From the NCBI GenBank assembly GCA_963666285.1, contig OY762711.1: DNA of 64,000 nucleotides. The stretch is one strand, 5' to 3'. The DNA is from Sedimentisphaerales bacterium. Lineage in GTDB: Bacteria; Planctomycetota; Phycisphaerae; Sedimentisphaerales; SM23-30. Under the pieces are notes generated by a model. The model saw only the letters and a program-made list of their open reading frames with translations. It did not search any database and was not told where the DNA came from. Both the position numbers and the translations under genes were made by a program. Positions 40,301-48,004 of this stretch are shown piece after piece (position 1 is the stretch's first letter; every line of letters starts with the position of its first letter).

Positions 40301-41697
40301 CTAGTGAAATTGAATTGAACAAGTTTACTTCTGGGTTTACCGATAGTGCTGCATTTACTATTACTAACGTAACTCATGGCAGTGCCGTTATGCTTTCGGA
40401 TGGTTTTGCCGCAAATTATACGCCGGAAGATGATTATACTGGTTTCGCCGAACTGACATTTACAGTTGATGATGGTGATGTCGTATCAATAACTGTTAGC
40501 CTTTTTGTTTCTGAATATGGCGGAGTGCCTCTTGCTCCGTTTTATCCGACTAACCTTGAGAATGGTTTGGAATACAATTATTATGAAGGCAGCTGGGTTT
40601 ATTTGCCAGACTTCAGTTCTTTGACAGCTGTTGAAAGCGGCAACTGCTCAGACTTTGATATTGGCTTAAATGAAAAAGAAGATGGTTTTGGCTACGAATA
40701 TGAAGCCCTGATTGATATTCCGACTGATGGTCTTTATACATTCTATCTTGTATCTGACGATGGCAGCCGTTTATATATTGATGATGGCGTCGTTGTCAGT
40801 CATAATGGAGTACATGGCTCAACCAGGGCTCATGGCAAAATTGCTCTTTTAGCCGGTATGCACAAGATACGCGTTACATATTTTGATTACAGTGGCGATC
40901 AGAATCTTGTCGTCGGATGGGCTGGTCCGGGATTTGCCAAAGGAAAAATTCCTGCTACCTCCCTGTATCGTGGTGCGGTTGACATTGTGCCACCTGCAAA
41001 ACCGGATGGTTTATGGGTGTTCGGCAGTAATAACTATGTAGAATTAGCATGGGATGATAATACCGAGAGTGATTTATTAGGCTACAATGTGTATCGAACA
41101 ACCACCACCGGCACATCTTACGTTAAGCTGACAGATGAACCGATATCTGCTTCCGGTTATAATGACTCAGAAGTTACAAACTCTGTATTTTATTACTATA
41201 TTGTCACGGCAGTTGATACTTCATATAATGAATCAGAGGTTACCTATGAAGCTTTTGCTCAGCCTGTCAGCAGTGGCATGAGTATTGGTATCCAGGAAAA
41301 TATGCTTGGTTACTGCGGAGTGGATGATGGCGGCAGTGTTGATAATAATAATGCTGGTTTTACCGGCTATGGTTTCATTAATACGGAAAATCTTACCGGT
41401 GAAGGTGCTGACTGGACTGTCTATATTGAAACTGCAGGGAATTATACTCTTACCTGGCGTTATGCCAGCAGCAGCGACAGACCTGCGGATCTATATGTGA
41501 ATGGCTCGCTATCGGTTTCCGGAATCAGTTTCCCGACCACCGGCAGCTGGACTACCTGGAGTCAGGTAAGTCAATCTGTATATTTACCTGCCGGTGTTAC
41601 GTCGATTAGATTGGAAGGCACCACCACAAGTGGCTTAGGTAACATTGATTATATTATGGCAACAGGAGCAAATGTTATCCCTTATACCTGTAATTAG
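37369..41697 (+). CDS. Modular PL1 pectate lyase: unknown N-terminal domain, 2 FN3-like modules, dockerin-like pair, PL1, PA14, FN3, CBM35-like
   Basis: AFPGADGFG..ATGGRGG..YHVTNLNDSG.GSFR, IAGQTAPG, DHCSVAWGRDE, RNP; YTFYLVSDDGSRLYID (PA14); VDNNNAGFTGYGF..TGSWTTW..IRL..NID (CBM35-like). Confidence 0.88.
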   Translation: MKLKGIVFIILLFFCTGSLFADVSWNASSGDWESDGNWSTGSKPDGTQNIVIGYSSSSVCTLDTDEGMLGVRSYVKNGQTLRIVSGGRFGTTWTRWADGSSATINMSGTGTYQMNDDDLYVGFAGGNCVLTMSDSSTITINDDTDDEEELYIACGGDALFRLNGSNLTVETDQLFISRMRFGETYGVATLEYVMDAGGASPIVTKYCYLGEAGISGTANLVVSSASNLAEEDIVLIDVTYTSAITGNGVFDTLNGGAASEGTEILLGNNVYALTYQYDAENDGADNDVALEFVRSADYMAKSPAPENSAVLGMSPSVLSWTTPEPADGSSSVICIVYFGKQMNRSAMDAAIAPEGTLSIEISADNFPVYGKKNLDDLNTYYWVVDCLDTSEGASTDDGKGLFWTFSIDYSLPPYPYATEPSPAVNSSVDPESILSWQPGENSIRSEVYFGTSSDAVSNAQRLNGDIDGDGTVDLLDLNSLVQQWLGTPSCVGLYGEGTVDMSDFNAVSKEWQNSADSTFLGSTSGSMVDPGVLNNNTYYYWRVDSVNCDGVEAGEVWRFKTKLPAFPGADGFGKWATGGRGGSVYHVTNLNDSGEGSFRDAVSGTNRTIVFDVGGIINIDERIVMSKDITIAGQTAPGEGIMIYGNGVSYTDANRTITRYMRYRMGRYGTADKDAVAIADGTNMIFDHCSVAWGRDENFSISGGTGESPGLITIQDSIIAQGLVDHSCGGLIRCFEGGVSIIRTLYIDSDTRNPQVRGINEFINNVVYNWDDAAYSMGKSSEAISYANVFNNYMIKGPNSDAVPYNWGAPGFHIYPEGNMYDSDRDGILDGYLLSDSSYSDQEATVVSQPYDYPSVNTMLSASASVKYVASQSGASFPARDHTDKYLYNDLLSFGTSGQLISNENDSPLYGVGTLENGHNPIDTDQDGIPDYWEDTVAGLNKYNADNNGDVDGDGYTNLENYINWLGAPHANVQKNVTSEIELNKFTSGFTDSAAFTITNVTHGSAVMLSDGFAANYTPEDDYTGFAELTFTVDDGDVVSITVSLFVSEYGGVPLAPFYPTNLENGLEYNYYEGSWVYLPDFSSLTAVESGNCSDFDIGLNEKEDGFGYEYEALIDIPTDGLYTFYLVSDDGSRLYIDDGVVVSHNGVHGSTRAHGKIALLAGMHKIRVTYFDYSGDQNLVVGWAGPGFAKGKIPATSLYRGAVDIVPPAKPDGLWVFGSNNYVELAWDDNTESDLLGYNVYRTTTTGTSYVKLTDEPISASGYNDSEVTNSVFYYYIVTAVDTSYNESEVTYEAFAQPVSSGMSIGIQENMLGYCGVDDGGSVDNNNAGFTGYGFINTENLTGEGADWTVYIETAGNYTLTWRYASSSDRPADLYVNGSLSVSGISFPTTGSWTTWSQVSQSVYLPAGVTSIRLEGTTTSGLGNIDYIMATGANVIPYTCN

Positions 41698-41712
41698 TGA
41701 TAGGAGTTAATA

Positions 41713-44250
41713 ATGTATAATAAATCGATTTATATTACAGCATTGCTGGTTTTAATTATGTCAACTTTTGTGGCAGGAGATCACATTAAGGTTGACTTTG
41801 ATGCTCGCTACGATGCAACTGCCGCCGATTTTTTATCTTGGCAGGCGGCAGATGGAGCTACTAAAACATTTGGCGATGTAACAGTTACTTTGAGCTTTGA
41901 AAATCCTGCTTATTCTCATGGGAAAATCAGCTGGTATAATAAAGATGGCTTAAATAATTATGAACTGGCGATGGATTGCTTGTATGTAAACTTTGATGAT
42001 GGTACTCAGAGTCACCCCAGCTATCTCAATACGCCGCTTATTCTGAAAATCTCAGGTTTAACCGAAGGCAGCCATACTTTTATCACGTATCATAACGCGC
42101 CTTGGCCTGAGAGTAAGTACAGCAGAACAATTGCCCCGTGCAGGATATATGCTGACGGTGTAGAAATATTAACCGTTCAACCTTCTCAGTATGTGACCAA
42201 TGACAATGATGTGGAAAGCACCTTCTTTACTTTTTCTGCAGTTGAAGGTCAACAAGTTGAAATTAAAATCGAACCTTATGGTGATGAGGCAACCCAGATT
42301 TGTTCGGCGATATTGAACGGTTTTGAAATTGATAATCTGGCTTCTGTTGACAGTTACGCTGCCGAACCGGTTCCGTCAGACGGCAATATGCATGTATATG
42401 CCAATAACGATGCTGCTGTTGCCGGTTCTTTTGGTAGCGGCCACACTCAGATTAGCTGGACACCTTCCGAATTCGCTGAATACCAGGATATTTATTTTGG
42501 TATCGATGAAGATGTAGTTACTAATGCAGATACTAATACTTCGGGTATTTATAAAGGAAGGCAAACATCCTCAGAATCTTTTTGGAATGCTGCAGGACTG
42601 AATAGTAAAGATACTTACTATTGGCGTATTGATACGGTTAAAGCTGATGATTCTGTTACCAAAGGTTATGTCTGGTCGTTCAAAACCAGGCACCTGGCTT
42701 ATTCGTCTGCCGAAGGTTACGGCAGGTTTGCTACCGGCGGTCGTTATGGAAAAGTTGTTGAAGTGACTACCCTGGAAGATTATGACCCGGGTTCAGAGTC
42801 GATTATTGACGGTAGTTTGCGGAAAGCTATCGAAGTTGAAAAATATCCGCGTATTATCGTTTTCAGGGTTGGTGGTACAATATTTCTTAAGGCCAAACTT
42901 GTTATCCCTTCTGACGGCGGTGATGTATATGTTGCCGGTCAGACGGCGCCGGGTGAAGGCATTTGTGTTGCCCGCTATCCTTTTGGTATGCTTGGGGCAA
43001 ACGATGCAATAATTCGTTTTATACGTACTCGTGTTGGTGACTATGCCCAGATATCATTGGATGGAATGGGTATGGCCAGCTCTGACCACTGCATTATTGA
43101 CCATTGTTCTATAAGCTGGAGTATTGATGAAGGGCACAGCTCTCGTTCTGCACATAATATTACATTTTCTTATAATATTATTGCGGAAGCTCTGAATAAT
43201 TCCTATCAGTATGCCAATCATTCTTTTGCTGCTTCCATTGGCGGTGGAATTGGCAGTTATCATCATAACCTGCTTGCTCACTGTACCGGTCGAAACTGGT
43301 CTCTTGCCGGTGGTTTGGACCAGAGCGGGCAGTACGACGGATATTGCGATATTCGCAATAATATTGTTTATAACTGGAAAGATCGCACCACCGATGGCGG
43401 TGTATACAGGTGTAATTTTGTCAATAACTTTTATATTCCAGGGCCTGTCACTACTCTGTTTTTGCTTATGCGTCCGGATGGTGATCAGATGGGAACCGGT
43501 GATCCGCAAATGTTCTATATTGTTGGTAACAAGCTGGAAGGTTATCCTCATTTTGATGCTGACAATTGGGATGGTGTTTCGCCGAATTATGCTGTTGAAG
43601 CTGAAATCCGAAGTGATGAACCTTTTTACCCATCCTATACGACCACCGAGTCTGTTGAAGATGCATATACAAATGTCTTAAATAATGTTGGTGCTATTCG
43701 TCCTCAAAGGGACGCAATTGATACCAGGATAATAGATGATGTTGTCAACCGCAGCTTTACCTATCGCGGCAGCAAAGATAATCTGCCCGGCATCATTGAC
43801 AGCCAGGAAGATGTTGGCGGATACCCTGTATATGCCGGTGGTCCGGTTCCGGATGACACAGATCATGATGGTCTACCCAACTGGTGGGAAGAATTGTATA
43901 ACCTGAATCCGAATTCATCGGAAGGTGATTTTTCTGATACCAACGGCGATCCTGACCTGGATGGATTTACCAATATGGATGATTATCTGGAATATCTTGC
44001 CCAGGGCGGTAACCCGTTTTATAAATGTACTTCAGGCTTGACGGCGGACTTGGATGATAATTGTCAGGTAGATATTGATGATATTACTATAGTAGCATCC
44101 AATTGGCTGAAAGGCACAACCAGCCCGGTTTCTGGTGAGATCCCGGCTGATCTCGACAGTAATTCCAAGGTTGACTTGATTGATTTTGCTATTTTTGCCG
44201 CTGGATGGCTTAACTGCAATAGAAGCCCGGCATCTGAATGCTGGCAATAA
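41713..44250 (+). CDS. PL1 pectate lyase with N-terminal accessory domains and C-terminal dockerin-like pair
   Basis: AEGYGRFATGGRYG, GSLR, AGQTAPG, IIDHCSISWSIDE, HHNLLAH..GRNWSL; ADLDDNCQVDIDD..WL and ADLDSNSKVDLIDF..WL. Confidence 0.88.
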   Translation: MYNKSIYITALLVLIMSTFVAGDHIKVDFDARYDATAADFLSWQAADGATKTFGDVTVTLSFENPAYSHGKISWYNKDGLNNYELAMDCLYVNFDDGTQSHPSYLNTPLILKISGLTEGSHTFITYHNAPWPESKYSRTIAPCRIYADGVEILTVQPSQYVTNDNDVESTFFTFSAVEGQQVEIKIEPYGDEATQICSAILNGFEIDNLASVDSYAAEPVPSDGNMHVYANNDAAVAGSFGSGHTQISWTPSEFAEYQDIYFGIDEDVVTNADTNTSGIYKGRQTSSESFWNAAGLNSKDTYYWRIDTVKADDSVTKGYVWSFKTRHLAYSSAEGYGRFATGGRYGKVVEVTTLEDYDPGSESIIDGSLRKAIEVEKYPRIIVFRVGGTIFLKAKLVIPSDGGDVYVAGQTAPGEGICVARYPFGMLGANDAIIRFIRTRVGDYAQISLDGMGMASSDHCIIDHCSISWSIDEGHSSRSAHNITFSYNIIAEALNNSYQYANHSFAASIGGGIGSYHHNLLAHCTGRNWSLAGGLDQSGQYDGYCDIRNNIVYNWKDRTTDGGVYRCNFVNNFYIPGPVTTLFLLMRPDGDQMGTGDPQMFYIVGNKLEGYPHFDADNWDGVSPNYAVEAEIRSDEPFYPSYTTTESVEDAYTNVLNNVGAIRPQRDAIDTRIIDDVVNRSFTYRGSKDNLPGIIDSQEDVGGYPVYAGGPVPDDTDHDGLPNWWEELYNLNPNSSEGDFSDTNGDPDLDGFTNMDDYLEYLAQGGNPFYKCTSGLTADLDDNCQVDIDDITIVASNWLKGTTSPVSGEIPADLDSNSKVDLIDFAIFAAGWLNCNRSPASECWQ

Positions 44251-44271
44251 TATTACGTTAGGATTTTGAAA

Positions 44272-45798
44272 ATGGTTGCAGGTAGATATTTGTTAAAGTT
44301 TTTTGCTTTTTGTATTGCGATATTGTCTGTTAATGTCCTGCATGCAATTGACGCATTTCCTGGTGCCGAAGGTTTCGGTCGTGATGCAGAAGGCGGCAGG
44401 GGTGGAAAGGTATATATTGTAACTAATCTGGATGATTCCGGTCCCGGTTCTTTTCGCGACGCGGTAAGTAAAAGTAATCGTACTGTTGTATTTGCCGTTA
44501 GCGGTGTGATAAATATCAAGAGCAGGATTGTCGTGTCTGATCATATTACTATTGCCGGCCAGACCGCTCCCGGAGTTGGAGTTTGTGTGTACGGTAACGG
44601 GTTATCATTTTCCAGTGCTGACCATTCAATAGTCAGGTATATGCGTTTCCGAATGGGGGCAAATGGTTCTAAGGGAAAGGATGCCGTTGGTATTGCCAAA
44701 GGCAGTCCTATGATTTTCGACCATGTATCTGTTTCATGGGGGCGAGATGAAAACTTCTCAATTAGTGGTGAAGATGGTTTCTATACCATTCAAAACTCCA
44801 TTATATCCCAGGGGCTCCATTCTCATTCCTGCGGTGGTCTGATCCAGAATTGGGGGGGTGTCAGTATATTGTGTTGTCTTTATATTGATAATCATACTCG
44901 TAACCCCAAGGTGAAAGGGAATAATCAGTTTGTTAATAATGTCATTTATAACTGGCGGGTTGCAGGTTATATTTTAGGTGGTGGAAGCAGTGCCGAGTCA
45001 AACGCGAATGTTGTTGGAAACTATTTTATCAGCGGCCCCAATACCGGCAATACACCTGCCTTTACCCGGGCAAATGAGAACTTCAAACTGTTTGCCGAAA
45101 ATAACTACTATGATTCCAACCGTAATGGTCTACTTGATGGCAGTATTATCCCTCGTTCGGTATATGGTCCGGTAACCTGGCAGGATCAGAGATTCGATTT
45201 CCCGGAAATCTCTTGTATATTTTCTCCCGATACCGCTTATAAGATAGTAGTCTCCCAGGCTGGTGCGTCTCAGCCGGGACGTGATCCGGTTGATAGTTTC
45301 CTTATCCGGGAGCTGACAAGTCTTGGAAGTGAAGGAAATATTATTTCTGGTGAAGATCAAATTCCGACCAAAGGTCCCGGCATAATAAAGCAGGTCACGG
45401 GCCCGGACGATACTGATAAAGATGGAATGCCGGATTTCTGGGAAAAAGCCGTCAAGGGTTTAGATTTCGAAAAGCCTGACAATAATGGCGATATCAATAA
45501 TAATGGCTATACCAATTTAGAAGATTATATCAACTGGATGGCAATTTCTCATCTGGTTGTCAAAAAGGGTGAATCTGCCCAGATAAATCTGAAAGATTAT
45601 ACACAGGGTTTTGGCGAAAATGCTGAATATTCAATTATGAGCCAACTTCCTGGTGTTATGCTTTTAGATGATAAACATACCATACGGTTTGATTCATCCG
45701 GCAGGCAGCCTGGTATATATACCTTGGATTATGCTGTTTCTGATGACACTAATAAGCTTTTTCCCGGCATGATTAATGTGCTGGTGACTGCTGAGTAA
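44272..45798 (+). CDS. PL1 pectate lyase
   Basis: AFPGAEGFG..AEGGRGG.VYIVTNLDDSGPGSFR, DHVSVSWGRDE, TRNPKVKG; ATG 44272 (track TTG 44266). Confidence 0.9.
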   Translation: MVAGRYLLKFFAFCIAILSVNVLHAIDAFPGAEGFGRDAEGGRGGKVYIVTNLDDSGPGSFRDAVSKSNRTVVFAVSGVINIKSRIVVSDHITIAGQTAPGVGVCVYGNGLSFSSADHSIVRYMRFRMGANGSKGKDAVGIAKGSPMIFDHVSVSWGRDENFSISGEDGFYTIQNSIISQGLHSHSCGGLIQNWGGVSILCCLYIDNHTRNPKVKGNNQFVNNVIYNWRVAGYILGGGSSAESNANVVGNYFISGPNTGNTPAFTRANENFKLFAENNYYDSNRNGLLDGSIIPRSVYGPVTWQDQRFDFPEISCIFSPDTAYKIVVSQAGASQPGRDPVDSFLIRELTSLGSEGNIISGEDQIPTKGPGIIKQVTGPDDTDKDGMPDFWEKAVKGLDFEKPDNNGDINNNGYTNLEDYINWMAISHLVVKKGESAQINLKDYTQGFGENAEYSIMSQLPGVMLLDDKHTIRFDSSGRQPGIYTLDYAVSDDTNKLFPGMINVLVTAE

Positions 45799-45840
45799 TA
45801 TTTAAGATTTGAGTATTAATATAACGAAGGATTATTTGCA

Positions 45841-47940
45841 ATGAAAAAACTATTTTGCTTATTACTGCTTGTTAGTATGTCGCTTTCGGCATATGGCAAA
45901 ATCGACCGACATGCTTTAGTGAACAGGCATAATGTTAAAATTGATAAAATTCATGCTTTCTCTCCGCTTTCTGTTGGCAATGGAGCATTTGTCTTTACTG
46001 CTGATGTTACCGGCCTGCAGACTTTTCCTGATTCTTATGCTGATGGTATCCCGCTAACTACAATGGCGGAATGGGGGTGGCATTCTTTCCCTAATACCGA
46101 AGGATATAAACTGGAAGACTCATTAGTTATGATTGATACTTATGGCCGTGAGGTCTCATATAACCGCAAGCAGAAGTCACCGGCCGGCAGTTATCTGCGT
46201 GCTAATCCTCATCAGATAACCCTGGGGCACTTAGGGCTGGAACTGATCAAGAGAGACGGTTCTATTGCTTCTGCTGATGATGTAAAATCTATTGATCAGA
46301 CCTTGGACTTATGGCAGGGGCTACTTATCAGTAAGTTTGAAGTTGAAGGTACTCCGGTTACTGTCAAGACATGTGTGCATCCTCAGGTTGATCAGGTTGC
46401 TGTTAGTATAGAGTCTCAGCTTATTTCCGAATCTCGCTTGAGAGTGTTTCTTAAATTCCCTTATGCCGCAGGCTCGTGGGGCCGCGACCCGGCCGAATGG
46501 TCTGCTCCCGAAAAACATCAAACAACTATGACTCTGAAAGGTTCTGCCGGGGCTGTATTCAAAAGGGTTATGGACGATAAAGTCTATTATAGTTTCCTGT
46601 CAGTAGCATCCGGCTCACAGATAAGTGAGTCTGGTTCTCACCAGTATAAAATCACACCTTCAGAACAGTCAGATGCTTTTGAATGTTCTGTTTTATTCCA
46701 GGAATCGAGCAGAAACTCTGCTTTTAATGATTTTGAATCTATCGCAAAAGCTGCCAGTCAAAGCTGGCAAAATTTCTGGAATACCGGAGGTGCTGTTGAT
46801 CTGTCATTGAGCAAAGATCCTCGCTGGAAAGAGCTTGAACGGCGTATTGTACTGTCTCAGTATCTTACCGCGATCCAGTCAGTTCAGAAATATCCTCCGC
46901 AGGAATCCGGCCTCACATGTAACAGCTGGTTTGGCAAGTTCCATCTTGAAATGCACTGGTGGCATAGTGTCCATTTTGCTCTTTGGGATCGTCTGAATAT
47001 GTTAGAGACCAGTGTCGGCTGGTATAATGAGGCTTTGCCTGCTGCTCGAAAAATTGCTCAGCGGCAGGGATATAAAGGTGTTCGCTGGCCCAAGATGACT
47101 AATCCAAATGGGGAAGATTCACCTTCCGGTATTGGCCCGATGCTTATCTGGCAGCAGCCGCATCCGATATACTATGCCGAACTTATATATCGCCAAAAGC
47201 CTACTGATGAGACTTTGGACAAATATAAAGAGATTGTTTTGGAAACTGCTGAGTTTATGGCTGATTTTGCTCATTGGGATGATCAGAATAATAGATATGT
47301 ACTTGGACCTCCGGTAATACCGGCTCAGGAAAACTATGAACTTAGTGTTACCTGGAATCCTACCTATGAGTTGTGCTATTGGAACTGGGGACTCGAAACT
47401 GCCCAGAAATGGCGTGAGCGGCTCAATATGCCTCGGGATCAAAAATGGGACCAGGTTATCGGCAAGCTGTCAAAACTGCCGGTCAGGGAGGGTGTATACA
47501 CAGCTGTTGAGCCGGAACCATATACCAACATTACCGATCATCCTTCAATGCTTGCGGCATTGGGGTTACTACCGAAAACACCACTGGTTAACGTCGATAT
47601 TATGCGAAATACTGCCGAACATGTTTACAAGACATGGCAATGGCCTGATACCTGGGGTTGGGATTATCCGATGCTGGCTATGACTGCCGCACGGGTAGGG
47701 CTGCCGGAACTGGCGATTGATGCTTTCTTTATTGAATCGAAAAAGAATCTTTACTGGCCGAACGGCCACAATTACCAGCGTGAGAACCTGCCGACTTATC
47801 TGCCCGGTAATGGCGGTTTGCTTACCGCTGTTGCCATGATGGCGGCCGGGTGGGATGGTGCTCCGGATAAGAACGCACCAGGTTTTCCTGATAATGGACA
47901 GTGGACGGTACAATGGGAAGGGCTAAAAAGAATGCCTTAG
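45841..47940 (+). CDS. Secreted six-hairpin (GH65/GH95-like fold) putative glycosidase; family not assignable
   Basis: Signal peptide; PLSVGNG.F.FTADVTGLQTF, PPQESGL..NSWFGKFHLEM.WWH, G.RWPKM, GPPVIPAQE, WGWDYPM, YLPGNGGLL. Confidence 0.6.
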   Translation: MKKLFCLLLLVSMSLSAYGKIDRHALVNRHNVKIDKIHAFSPLSVGNGAFVFTADVTGLQTFPDSYADGIPLTTMAEWGWHSFPNTEGYKLEDSLVMIDTYGREVSYNRKQKSPAGSYLRANPHQITLGHLGLELIKRDGSIASADDVKSIDQTLDLWQGLLISKFEVEGTPVTVKTCVHPQVDQVAVSIESQLISESRLRVFLKFPYAAGSWGRDPAEWSAPEKHQTTMTLKGSAGAVFKRVMDDKVYYSFLSVASGSQISESGSHQYKITPSEQSDAFECSVLFQESSRNSAFNDFESIAKAASQSWQNFWNTGGAVDLSLSKDPRWKELERRIVLSQYLTAIQSVQKYPPQESGLTCNSWFGKFHLEMHWWHSVHFALWDRLNMLETSVGWYNEALPAARKIAQRQGYKGVRWPKMTNPNGEDSPSGIGPMLIWQQPHPIYYAELIYRQKPTDETLDKYKEIVLETAEFMADFAHWDDQNNRYVLGPPVIPAQENYELSVTWNPTYELCYWNWGLETAQKWRERLNMPRDQKWDQVIGKLSKLPVREGVYTAVEPEPYTNITDHPSMLAALGLLPKTPLVNVDIMRNTAEHVYKTWQWPDTWGWDYPMLAMTAARVGLPELAIDAFFIESKKNLYWPNGHNYQRENLPTYLPGNGGLLTAVAMMAAGWDGAPDKNAPGFPDNGQWTVQWEGLKRMP

Positions 47941-48004
47941 CCAGCCAGTGTTTCTAGTTAAGATAGGTTTGTAGATAATAGATATTGTTGCAGAGGAATT
48001 TGTT

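Noticed and set aside
45406..45540. DTDKDGMPD / DINNNGYTNLE motifs after the PL1 domains as dockerins
   Set aside because: These Ca-binding loops are the usual C-terminal part of this PL1 subtype and lack the V-D-x-x-D...WL helix, so they were not counted
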